From Balanoglossus misakiensis (lineage: Eukaryota > Animalia > Hemichordata): 64,000 bases of DNA. Position numbers and translations under genes: made by a program. This document shows, in pieces, positions 36,685-49,334 of the stretch; the first letter of the stretch is position 1; every line of letters starts with the position of its first letter. Below the pieces are notes generated by a model. The model was not told the origin of the DNA. It saw only the letters and a program-made list of their open reading frames with translations, and made no database searches. Where the stretch lies: the NCBI GenBank assembly GCA_040954595.2, contig CM082582.2:7008063-7072062 (forward strand). The letters run 5' to 3'.

Positions 36685-37085
36685 TTTTGCTAATTAATTA
36701 TTAATCTCGACCTGACAATTCTGATTGGTCAGTTCCCCTCCGCACAACGAAACAGTCAGACCACAGCACGCGTGATTGGCCAATTAGGCTCTATACTCTT
36801 GCAACAGGGGTACAACATAGCCGCTCCAATTTACGTTGACCCAGGCGTTGACCTAATTCAACACGCCGGTTCACAAAAATTAAATATATATCCCTGTTTG
36901 GCTAATTAATTATTAATTTCGACCCGACAATTCTGATTGGTCAGTTCCTATCCGCACAACCGAAACAGACAGACAACAGCAAGTGTGATTGGCCAATTAG
37001 GCTCCACACTCTTGCAACAGGTGTACAACGTAGACGCTCCAATTTACGTTGACCCGGGCGTTGGCCTTATTCAACAGGCTTCTTC
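36685..37085. repeat. ~210-bp local tandem duplication with CCAAT/ATTGG motifs; single copy in the paralogous units (~44150-44340, ~50348-50540)
   Basis: GCTAATTAATTATTAAT..CTGATTGGTCAGTTCC..GATTGGCCAATTAGGCTC..TTGACCC occurs twice here and once in each of the other two units. Confidence 0.8.
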
Positions 37086-38616
37086 ACAAAATTTAAATAT
37101 ACATTGAAAACTGGCGTACATTGCCAGACAGATTCGCACCTGGTAAAGCAAAGAGATTGAGGTCTGTTCGGGAATTGTAAATGTCGCCACCAAGCGTTGG
37201 ACATTTTCGTGACGTCACCCGACTTTTTGAACTAAAGGGTGCAGTCATTTGAAGAAGTTTCCTCAATAAATTTACTGTTATGTGTGCACCATTTTTGTTG
37301 ATTTTTAAAAACTTTATTATATTCAATTTGTTGGATGTTTTTCCTGGTGAATAACATCACTCAGGACTGCCACACACAAGAAATTTACTGAAGTAATTGC
37401 CAATCTAAAAGCTTTCTGGATGTGTATTTGCAAAAAAATCTCGAAAATTATCCTTTGCAACAACTAAAAATCAGCAGTGAAATTTTCGCTGCAATCCAAC
37501 CTATTATTCTGATTATAATATTTCAAGAGATAACATGTTTCGCTATACATGTTCACACACACACACACACAATGCAAGAACACTGGCACATAATGTATAC
37601 AATGTAAAATCCACTTTAATGGAGAATGATGGACCACAAATACTGGGGAGGTGGTAAGACAGAGATTATACACTGCAGAGGAACTAAGTAGACGAGAAAA
37701 ATCATACGGTAGTTGTGTTTGTACATTTCGGATGAGTTTCTGTTGAAAGTGTCTCATACGATGGGAGAGATCTAGCTAAAGTTGAAAAGTTCAAATTCAC
37801 ATCTAATGTCTCCGTAAAAAGGCATTTTAAAAATATTCACAAAATGTTCTGCTTGTGTTCATCAACTGACAGAGATGCCACCCTTCAGGATCAGTCTCAT
37901 CATGACCACTGAGGATGGGTGGTTCCATTGGTAAAACAGGGGGGAGAGGTGGGGGGCCCTGGGGTGATGCAAGTCAGCTCTGGTTGAGATAGTGTAAAAT
38001 TGTGCGGGCTTTAAAATATCCTGAAAATACAATTCTAATGTAGTTAATAAGCACATTGCACTGAATGACATGAGGTACGATGCTGGCTTGGGATGAGACG
38101 AAACAAAAAACAGTGTAACCGGTTCCTGGGTGTACAAACCTCTAGAATCGTGTGAACTCTACCACAGCCTTGTTTGAAAAAATGTAAAAAGAGTCTTAAT
38201 ATATCAGACTGCATGGAGACCCCGAAAAACTATTTCAGAACAGCTTTGCAGAAATGTGTACTTCCTTGAAAAAAGTCACCTGTTCACATCAGAATCAGCA
38301 GCAATATTGAAGAAATAAAAACAACAAAAGAATACATTTTTCTGTCTCAGCAGAGATTTCTTGTTGGTCAATCATTCATTCCACAGCCCGCACTGTCTTG
38401 ATAAACAATCCAACAACGCGATTTACTTTTCAGTGTTCAATGCTGAAGATTTCATTCAAAAGAAAGATGAAAAACCCCACTGGCAATAATTTCCGGCGGC
38501 CGTTTTCTAAAAATTTGACACAAAAATTACGAGTGGCAGTTTAAGAAGGAAGATCGCTGGCTATATCATATCCACTGGAGTGAAAAAAAATCTGCAGCAG
38601 AAAATGAATGACATAC

Positions 38617-38702
38617 AAATGATAATTTTTCGACTTTGCGAAATCTCAAAATTTGGTCGACTTTGAAAAAAATCATGGGTTATAGCTCATGAAAATCATC
38701 AA
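38617..38702. repeat. Single 88-bp satellite monomer at the unit 2 / unit 3 junction
   Basis: Homology with 51720-52096 stops at ..GACATACAA and the sequence switches to a satellite monomer. Confidence 0.9.
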
Positions 38703-39727
38703 TTGAAAAACATATGACTAGTTCTGTCATCAGCAAGACAAAAATCGAGGAACCGTTGCGGGAATCTGAGATCAAACACCATGATGATTCTTTAAGAACT
38801 TTGATACAGCCAGCACTATAATGTCTACACTGAAATGTCTACATACCTGACACAATTCCAGTAAGATAAATGAAGATCGCGAACATCATCTGCAGACGGC
38901 AAGCTGAATGCACGGTATACTGGAGTCTTAAAGGTGGTCTTTCTGTTACTGGACTCGAGTCTCCCGCAAATGCCAGAGAACGTTTCCGAGTGTGATTTAT
39001 GAGTGCGTGCAGCGCCCTCTCGGCGACATATTTCAGCATTATTGCGTCACTGATTTGCTTTATTTAGGAGGTAGGATCCGGGACTGGTGACAGCCAATGG
39101 AACTCATAATTCCCAACTGACTTTTTGAGTGGGTTGTTCTTGGTCAAGTATCTATTAGGGGTTGTCTTTATCCCAGACAACGTCCAGTGGTTTTGGAGAA
39201 TCAACAATGAGACAGCATGACCAGTCAAATGCTTGCTTAGATATTAGTTTATTGCCAAGTTATAAGGATTTCCAGGAAGAGAAAGAATTTGAGAAATCAT
39301 AAAACAATTACTTATCAGGTATCTTTCTTTGTTAGTACCTAACCATGCTTTCAGTATTGCTTTAAAACTTTCATTTCGTAGCTGCGCCACTCCGAAAAAA
39401 GGGTTGCATAAATTTCCCCAAGCAACACGCCAAAATGCAAGACAAGAGAGAAAATCAGTTGGTGTTCATTATAATTCACAAATCCCATCGATTAACATTG
39501 ATTGACATTTGTTTTCGGAACACGTGTCCCACTTTCGGTTTCCAGATCCATGACTTCAACTAAACACGGGTGAAGGGTTTTCGTTTTGACAATCAGCTGA
39601 AAATGATTCAACAACAGTAAGTATGGGTTTACTAGACAACAAATGACTGTTCGGTTTACGTACATTCACTCATTGCGAACACTTACACCATCGTCATAGA
39701 GTGTTGACTATACAGGAGGGATGATTT

Positions 39728-40105
39728 GACTTTGCGAAAGTTCAAAATTTCTTAATTTTTAAAAAAAAATCATGGTTTATAGCTCATGAAAATCATCCGA
39801 AAATGACAATTTTTCGACTGTGCGAAAGTACAAAATGTCTTCATTTTTCGAAAAAAATCATGGGTTATAGCTCATGAAAATCATCCAAAAATGACAATTT
39901 TTCGACTTTGCGAAAGTACAAAATTGCTTCATTTTTCGAAAAAAATCATGGGTTATAGCTCATGAAAATCATCCAAAAATGACAATTTTTCGACTGTGCG
40001 AAGGTACAAAATTTCTTCATTTTTCGAAAAAAATCATGGGTTATAGCTCATGAAAATCATCAAAAAATGACAATTTTTCGACTTTGCGAAGTTTCAAAAT
40101 TTCTT
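39728..40105. repeat. ~4 diverged satellite monomers just downstream of copy 3 stop codon
   Basis: Monomers carry AAAGTACAAAAT/AAAGTTCAAAAT variants. Confidence 0.92.
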
Positions 40106-40181
40106 AGTTGACTGTTAAACTGAGGTAAACAAATTAATACCTGGCAAATGTGCGAAGAGCCACAAGAAAGGCCATTGATAC

Positions 40182-42436
40182 TTACCTTGTCCCAAAGACT
40201 TCCAATTCACAAAGGTAAATTGCTCGCATTGCACCCTCTTTCATGAAAGTTACATATCTGCCTGTGGTGACGCCCCATTTACACTTCCATAACACTTCAC
40301 CACCAGATAAGAAAACATTATCCTCGCTGGATAGGCATTCTTGCGCGTCGTATGGGCATTCTTGCCCGGTGCCGTCAATATCACTGACATTGATAACAAT
40401 GTCGTGATACCCACCTTTCAAGAAATAATAGCCATTTTAGGCTTCAATAAACTCATAATGTTTGAATACGTTAAGATAATATACCCTTAAGGACAAACCT
40501 TGCCAGTGTTTAAATAGGCAAATTGGAAATCTGTTGAAAGCGATATACTGCATATCACTTGGTCGGATATTGCAGTCAAATTATATGCACAGTTTAGACC
40601 AAATATTTATGTATTAATTATGAGTATACACCCCTTTCTGATATATCGCCTGGTCGTTTAAGATAGTCAGAACTTGATAAGAATTCTATATCTGTTGCAG
40701 GCTTTCGTCAAATTCGGATAAAAATATTTAACTTTCTTGTTTTTGTATTTTAAGCGTATAAAATGCACTGTTAATTAGAAAAGCATCTACTTACAGCCTG
40801 TCTCTGACATACTGGCGTCGCAATTTGTCGGAAACGCCAATTTGACACTTTCAATTTGTTGTGGACTTCCCAAATCAATCTGAAATGTTGGTCGGTCCAC
40901 TTTAGAACCAGAATCAGCACAGGTTAGTGGATTTCCGTCGACGAGGTAAGGTAGTGTGTCCAGTGTACCTGGTTCCAGCCCTATACCACTCACTGGTTTA
41001 TTGAGAGCAAGATTATTTTGAACGTCGGGTACTAAATAGTTAAACAAAACAGAGAAACACGTGTTATTTCAGGATGACGATGTTTTCCTTACTTGTTTTT
41101 GATAATCGTAGATATGTCAACGGGATAAAATTAACTTATTCACTTTTAAACTCAGACAGACAGACAGTCGAAAGACAGACAGACGGACGGACAGACAGAC
41201 TGACAGACAGACAGTCGGACAGACCTAAAGACAGACAGACAGACAGACTGTTTATAATATAACCCTTCTGGTTCACAATAAACACCAATAAATAAATAAA
41301 AACTGGGAGTACGTTTCTAACGTAATTATAATTTTATTGTCCGGTTTTTATTTGTTGATGTTAAATAGTTGACTATAAAACGAAATAAACAAAATAATAC
41401 GAAGAGCGAAGAGCCCCAAGAAAGGCCATTGATACTTACCTTGTCTAAAGACTTGTAATTCACAAAGGTAAATTGCTTGATAACTTCCTTCTTTAATGAA
41501 AGTTACATATCTGCCTGTGGTGACGCCCCCTGAACACGCCAATAACAATTGACCACCTGGTACAAAAATATTACTCTCCCTTATACTTATGCATTCTTCC
41601 CCGGTGGCGTACGCGTTCAATTCATCACCGACCATGATAACAAAGTCGCTATACACACCTTTGAAGAAATGATAGCCATGTTATGCTTCAATCAAAAACT
41701 CATTATTTATAATGCGTTAAGATAATATACCTTTACGGACAAATCTCGCCAGTGTTTAAAAGACAAATTGGAAATCTGTTGAAAGCGGCATATTGCATAT
41801 CACTTGGTTGGATATTACCGTCAAATTAGGCACAGTATTGAACAAATATTTATGCATTAATTATGAATAATATTCACCCGTTTCTGATATATCTCTTGGT
41901 CGTTTACGATAGTCAGAACTTGATAAGAATTCTATATCTGTTGCAGGCTTTCGTCAAATTCGGATAAAAATATTTAACTTTCTTGTTTTTGTATTTTAAG
42001 CGTATAAAATGCACTGTTAATTAGAAAAGCATCTACTTACAGCCATTCCCTGACCTAGTGGCGTCGCAACTTTTCGGAAACACCAATTTGACACTATGAA
42101 TTTTTTGTGGACTTCCCAAATCAATCTGAAATGCTGGTCGGTTTACCAAACCACCAGAATCGGCACAGGTAAATGAACCACCATCGACGAGGTTAGGCAG
42201 TGTGTCCAGTGTTTCTGGTTCCAGCCTTATACCTCTGACGGGTTTTCCCAATGCTAAATTGGTCTCGCCTGGAAACGCAAACGTTGGGAATGTTTACTGT
42301 TTCCGCGCATCCTAATATAAAAATGGTTGGGACAGAATATGCTTAACCCAGATGATGATAATAAAAATTGCTAACACTGACCAGATGTTTCTCTTAAGCC
42401 AACTGCAACCGCCAACACAAATACCAATGCCTTCAT
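40182..42436 (-). CDS. Secreted F-type-lectin-like protein, copy 3: SP + 2 FTP domains (~323 aa)
   Basis: Exons 42436-42382, 42268-42041, 41658-41440, 41031-40795, 40414-40182. Total 972 nt, open frame, ends ...LCELEVFGTR*. Confidence 0.8.
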
Positions 42437-44801
42437 CGTGCGGTTATTTGGTTCCGATCAGAAAGACCTGAAAAGAAGTCAGTATAAAATTTGACTAAAA
42501 TTACTGACACAATGGTAAATTAAAATGCGTTATACAGGATAAGGAAATTGGATAGAGTTCTGTTGAAAGTACATAAATGAAAAGGATCAGGAGATATGGG
42601 GAAATGCACTTTGTAGCTGAAGAAATACTTTTTAACAGAAAGGTGCCTATTCCGTACCTTGTTACCTGAAAGTGACTGTGGGGATGTGTACACGGTTCTC
42701 GAAACGACACCTCAACAGATCAACTGTCTACTGTTTTTTCTGTGGTGCAATATTCTCACTTTATATGTTTCAAAGCCTGTCACGTGCGCGTTCCCACTCA
42801 ATTATGCAAATTACTTCTGGGCTCTTGCAAACAATATCCCCACCCCCAGGGTCTTACAAACCTATATTTTTTTCCGCCGAAGGAAAGCATTGTTCCATTC
42901 TCGTCTTGGTGTATTGTCCAATAAGGGGCTTTTTATTCTGAGAGATGGTGACGTGGCAACAAAGCGTCTCTTAGACAGCTTTAAAATAGAAATCAGACGA
43001 AACAGGTAAAAACATGCGTCGTTGGATGCGGGCAGAGCAAAATATTTCCGGATTGCCATACGTTTGAAATGAAATCGCGTCGGGTCGATTTTGAAATACT
43101 GTGTGCGATATTCCAATGTGTATGGCGGAGAATGAAATGTTCCGTTTCCCGCTTTGGTGAACACTATTGCGGAGAAAACTACGACCACGAAAGCGAAAAC
43201 TTTTTTTCTCCAAGCACAATGCGTCATAGAATTGAAGTACAATTTGTATGAAAAATACGTTGTGATTTACTGGCAGAAAAGTATCCTGTCCATCAAGTTG
43301 AATTGTTTTTACCAAATATGACAAATGTTGACTAAAAGGGAACAGTATTAGTATTTTGTTAAGCCGAATGCATGGATATTGGTGACGTTTGAGTGCCATC
43401 TTGAATTAAAATTATCAGTAATCACTTGCAGGGGTTGTTTTTATCCCAGACAACCTCCAGTGGCTTTGAAGAATCATCAATGAGACAGCATGACCAGTCA
43501 AATGCTTGCTTAGATATCAGTTTATTGCCAAGTTATAAGGATTTCCAGGAAGAGAAAGAATTTGAGAAATCAAGAGAGAAAAGTTGGTGTTCATTAACAT
43601 TCACAAATCCCATCGATTAATTGTCTGTTTATATTGTGGATAGACAAGTAATTCATCACCGATATTATCTCTAGGTGCCAAAACCTTCTCATCATGGGGG
43701 AGGGGGGGAGACACCCGTCCTTCAACCACGTGCACTCCAACAAGGTTTCGTTCTCTTGTACCACAAACTGCGTTTCAAAGATTACTATCAAGCACCCGGT
43801 AACACGCTTACCGTTTCTTTCAGACAGTTTGGTCCAAAATTTTACTTTCAATTTTTAAAGTGATGCATTATTTTCTCGCACTACTGGCTGCTATGGTGTA
43901 AGTAGAACAACGCGGCCTGGGGTTCAAAATTCCTGGACAAAGCCCCGGTATAGTCAGAGACATATGCTGCCGCATATCGCACACAAGAGGAAGGGCTGAG
44001 CAAAAGTAAATTCGAGAATCTTTGCTCGGCTATTTTCTCTCGTTGATCAGAATTTCTGCATTTCAGCTAAAATATAAATTGCAGTGCAGACACAAACAGT
44101 TCGGATAGCATACACACATGCATGCAATGGTGGTCACTCACGTCTCTGTTTTGCTAATTAATTATTAATCTCGACCTGACAATTCTGATTGGTCAGTTCC
44201 CCTCCGCACAACGAAACAGTCAGACCACAGCACGCGTGATTGGCCAATTAGGCTCTATACTCTTGCAACAGGGGTACAACATAGCCGCTCCAATTTACGT
44301 TGACCCGGGCGTTGGCCTTAGTCAACAGGCTTCTTCACAAAATTTAAATATACATTGAAAACTGGCGTACATTGCCAGACAGATTCGCACCTGGTAAAGC
44401 AAAGAGATTGAGGTCTGTTCGGGAATTGTAAATGTCGCCACCAAGCGTTGGACATTTTCGTGACGTCACCCGACTTTTTGAACTAAAGGGTGCAGTCATT
44501 TGAAGAAGTTTCCTCAATAAATTTACTGTTATGTGTGGACCATGTTTGTTGATTTTTAAAAACTTTATTATATTCAATTTGTTGGATGTTTTTCCTGGTG
44601 AATAACATCACTCAGGACTGCCACACACAAGAAATTTACTGAAGTAATTGCCAATCTAAAAGCTTTCTGGATGTGTATTTGCAAAAAATCTCGAAAATTA
44701 TCCTTTGCAACAACTAAAAATCAGCAGTGAAATTTTCGCTGCAATCCAACCTATTATTCTGATTATAATATTTCAAGAGATAACATGTTTCGCTATACTT
44801 G

Positions 44802-44835
<34 letters not shown>

Positions 44836-46016
44836 GCAAGAACACTGGCACATAATGTATACAATGTAAAATCCACTTTAATGGAGAATGATGGACCACA
44901 AATACTGGGGAGGGGGTAAGACAGAGATTATACACTGTAGAGGAACTAAGTAGACGAGAAAAATCATACGGTAGTTGTGTTTGTACATTTCGGATGAGTT
45001 TCTGTTGAAAGTGTCGATGGGAGAGATCTAGCTAAAGTTGAAAAGATCAAATTGACATCTAATGTCTCCGGCATTTAAAAAATATTCACAAAATGTTCTG
45101 CTTGTGTTCATCAACTGACAGAGATGCCACCCTTCAGGATCAGTCTCATCATGACCACTGAGGATGGGTGGTTCCATTGGTAAAACAGGGGGGAGAGGAG
45201 GGGGGCCCTGGGGTGAAGCAAGTCAGCTCTGGTTGAGATAGTGTAAAATTGTGCAAAAATGCCAGAGAACGTTTCCGAGTGTGATTTATGCGTGCGTGCA
45301 GCGCCCTCTCGGTGACATATTTCAGCATTATTGCGTCACTGATTTGCTTTATTTAGGAGGTAAGATCCGGGACTGGTGACAGCCAATGGAAATCATAATT
45401 CCCAACTGACTTTTTGAGTGTGTTGTTCTTGGTCAAGTATCTATTAGGGGTTGTCTTTATCCCAGACAACCTCCAGTGGCTTTGAAGAATCATCAATGAG
45501 ACAGCATGACCAGTCAAATGCTTGCTTAGATATTAGTTTATTGCCAAGTTATAAGGATTTCCAGGAAGAGAAAGAATTTGAGAAATCATAAAACAATTAC
45601 TTATCAGGTATCTTTCTTTGTTAGTACCTAACCATGCTTTCAGTATTGCTTTAAAACTTTCATTTCGTAGCTGCGCCACTCCGAAAAAAGGGTTGCATAA
45701 ATTTCCCCAAGCAACACGCCAAAATGCAAGACAAGAGAGAAAATCAGTTGGTGTTCATTAAAATTCACAAATCCCATCGATTAACATTGATTGACATTTG
45801 TTTTCGGAACACGTGTCCCACTTTCGGTTTCCAGATCCATAACTTCAACTAAACACGGGTGAAGGGTTTTCGTTTTGTCAATCAGCTGAAAATGATTCAA
45901 CAACGTACAGTAAGTATGGGTTTACTAGACAACAAATGACTGTTCGATTTACATTCACTCATTGCAAACACTTACACCATCGTCATAGAGTGTTGACTAT
46001 ACAGGAGGGATGATTT

Positions 46017-46307
46017 GACTTTGCGAAAGTTCAAAATTTCTTAATTTTTAAAAAAAAATCATGGTTTATAGCTCATGAAAATCATCCGAAAATGACAATT
46101 TTTCGACTGTGCGAAAGTACAAAATGTCTTCATTTTTCGAAAAAAATCATGGGTTATAGCTCATGAAAATCATCCAAAAATGACAATTTTTCGACTTTGC
46201 GAAAGTTCAAAATTTCTTCTTTTTTTTGAAAAAAATCATGGGTTATAGCTTATGAAAATCATCAAAAAATGACAATTTTTCGACTTTGCGAAGTTTCAAA
46301 ATTTCTT
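46017..46307. repeat. ~3 diverged satellite monomers just downstream of copy 4 stop codon
   Basis: Same position and variants as 31469-31668 and 39728-40105. Confidence 0.92.
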
Positions 46308-46383
46308 AGTTGACTGTTAAACTGAGGTAAACAAATTAATACCTGGCAAATGTGCGAAGAGCCACAAGAAAGGCCATTGATAC

Positions 46384-48633
46384 TTACCTTGTCCCAAAGA
46401 CTTCCAATTCACAAAGGTAAATTGCTCGCATTGCACCCTTTTTCATGAAAGTTACATATCTGCCTGTGGTGACGCCCCATACACACTTCCATAACACTTC
46501 ACCACCAGATAAGAAAACATTATCCTCGCTGTATAGGCATTCTTGCGTGCTGTATGGGCATTTTCGCCCGGTGCCGTCAATATCACTGACATTGATAACA
46601 ATGTCGTGATACCCACCTTTCAAGAAATAATAGCCATTTTAGGCTTCAATAAACTCATAATGTTTGAATACGTTAAGATAATATACCCTTAAGGACAAAC
46701 CTCACCAGTGTTTAAATAGGCAAATTGGAAATCTGTTGAAAGCGATATACTGCATATCACTTGGTCGGATATTGCAGTCAAATTATATGCACAGTTTAGA
46801 CCAAATATTTATGTATTAATTATGAGTATACACCCCTTTCTGATATATCGCCTGGTCGTTTACGATAGTCAGAACTTGATAAGAATTCTATATCTGTTGC
46901 AGGCTTTCGTCAAATTCGGATAAAAATATTTAACTTTCTTGTTTTTGTATTTTAAGCGTATAAAATGCACTGTTAATTAGAAAAGCATCTACTTACAGCC
47001 TGTCTCTGACATACTGGCGTTGCAACTTGTCGGAAACACCAATTTGACACTTTCAATTCGTCGTGGACTTCCCAAATCAATCTGAAATGTTGGTCGGTCC
47101 ACTTTAGGACCAGAATCAGCACAGGTTAGTGGATTTCCGTCGACGAGGTAAGGTAGTGTGTCCAGTGTACCTGGTTCCAGCCTTATACCACTCACTGGTT
47201 TATTGAGAGCAAGATTATTTTGAACGTCGGGTACTAAATAGGTAAACAAAACAGAGAAACACGTGTTATTTCTGGATGACGATGTTTTCCTTACTTGTTT
47301 TTGATAATCGTAGATATGTCAACGGGATAAAATTAACTTATTCACTTTTAAACTCAGACAGACAGACAGTCGAAAGACAGACAGACGGACGGACGGACGG
47401 ACGGACAGACAGACTGACAGTCTGACAGACCTAAAGACAGACAGACAGACAGACTGTTTATAATATAACCCTTCTGGTTCACAATAAACACCAATAAATA
47501 AATAAAGACTGGGAGTACGTTTATAACGTAATTATAGTTTTATTGTCCGGTTTTTATTTGTTGATGTTAAATAGTTGACTATAAAACGAAATAAACAAAA
47601 TAATACGAAGAGCGAAGAGCCCCAAGAAAGGCCATTGATACTTACCTTGTGTAAAGACTTGTAATTCACAAAGGTAAATTGCTTGATCACTTCCTTCTTT
47701 AATTAAAGTTACATATCTGCCTGTGGTGACGCCCCCTGAACACGCCAATAACAATTGACCACCTGGTACAAAAATATTACTCTCCCTACGTATGCATTCT
47801 TCCCCGGTGCCATTACATTCATCACCGACCATGATAACAAAGTCGCTATACACACCTTTGAAGAAATGATAGCCATGTTATGCTACAATCAAAAACTCAT
47901 TATTTATAATGCGTTAAGATAATATACCTTTACGGACAAATCTCGCCAGTGTTTAAAAGACAAATTGGAAATCTGTTGAAAGCGGCATATTGCATATCAC
48001 TTGGTTGGATATTACCGTCAAATTAGGCACAGTATTGAACAAATATTTATGCATTAATTATGAATAATATTCACCCGTTTCTGATATATCTCTTGGTTGT
48101 TTACGATAGTCAGAACTTGATAAGAATTCTATATCTGTTGCAGGCTTTCGTCAAATTCGGATAAAAATATTTAACTTTCTTGTTTTTGTATTTTAAGCGT
48201 ATAAAATGCACTGTTAATTAGAAAAGCATCTACTTACAGCCTGTCCCTGTCCAAGTGTCGTAGCAACTTTCCGGAAACACCAATTTGACACTATGAATTT
48301 GTTGTGGACTTCCCAAATCAATCTGAAATGCTGGTCGGTTTACCAAACCACCAGAATCGGCACAGCTATATGAATTACCATCGACGAGGTAAGGCAGTGT
48401 CTTCAGCGTTGCTGGTTCCAGCCTTATACCTCTGACGGGTTTTCCCAATGCTAAATTGGTCTCGCCTGGAAACGCAAACGTTGGGAATGTTTACTGTTTC
48501 CGCGCATCCTAATATAAAAATGGTTGGGACAGAATATGCTTAACCCAGATGATGATAATAAAAATTGCTAACACTGACCAGATGTTTCTCTTAAGCCAAC
48601 TGCAACCGCCAACACAAATACCAATGCCTTCAT
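46384..48633 (-). CDS. Secreted F-type-lectin-like protein, copy 4: SP + 2 FTP domains (~320 aa)
   Basis: Exons 48633-48579, 48465-48238, 47855-47646, 47233-46997, 46616-46384. Total 963 nt, open frame, ends ...LCELEVFGTR*. Confidence 0.8.
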
Positions 48634-49088
48634 CGTGCGGTTATTTGGTTCCGATCGGAAAGACCTGAAAAGAAGTCAGTATAAAATTTGACTAAAATTA
48701 CTGACACAATGGTAAATTAAAATGCGTTATACAGGATAAGGAAATTGGATAGAGTTCTGTTGAAAGTACATAAATGAAAAGGATCAGGAGATATGGGAAA
48801 ATGCACTTTGTAGCTGAAGAAATACTTTTTAACAGAAAGGTGCCTATTCCATACCTTGTTACCTGAAAGTGACTGTGGGGATGTGTACACGGTTCTCGAA
48901 ACGACACCTCAACAGATCAACTGTCTACTGTTTCTTCTGTGGTGCAATATTCTCACTTTATATGTTTCAAAGCCTGTCACGTGCGCGTTCCCACTCAATT
49001 ATGCAAATTACTTCTGGGCTCTTGCAAACAATATCCCCACCCCCAGGGTCTTGCAAACCTATATTTTTTCCGCCGAAGGAAAGCATTG

Positions 49089-49334
49089 TTTCATTCTCCG
49101 CCATACACATTGGAATATCGCACACAGCATTTTCAAAATAGTCCCGACGCGATTCCATTTCAAACGTATGGCAATCCGGAAATATTTTGCTCTGCCCGCA
49201 TCCAACGACGCAGGTTTTTACCTGTTTCGTCTGATTTCTATTTTAAAGCTGTCTAAGAGACGCTTTGTTGCCACGTCACCATCTCTCAGAATAAAAAGCC
49301 CCTTATTGGACAATACACTAAGACGAGAATGGAA
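49089..49334. other. 246-bp inversion relative to the other three paralogous upstream regions
   Basis: Copies 2 and 3 read TG|TTCCATTCTCGTC...CGGAGAATGAAA|TG. Copy 4 reads TG|TTTCATTCTCCG...GACGAGAATGGAA|TG, the reverse complement. Confidence 0.93.
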
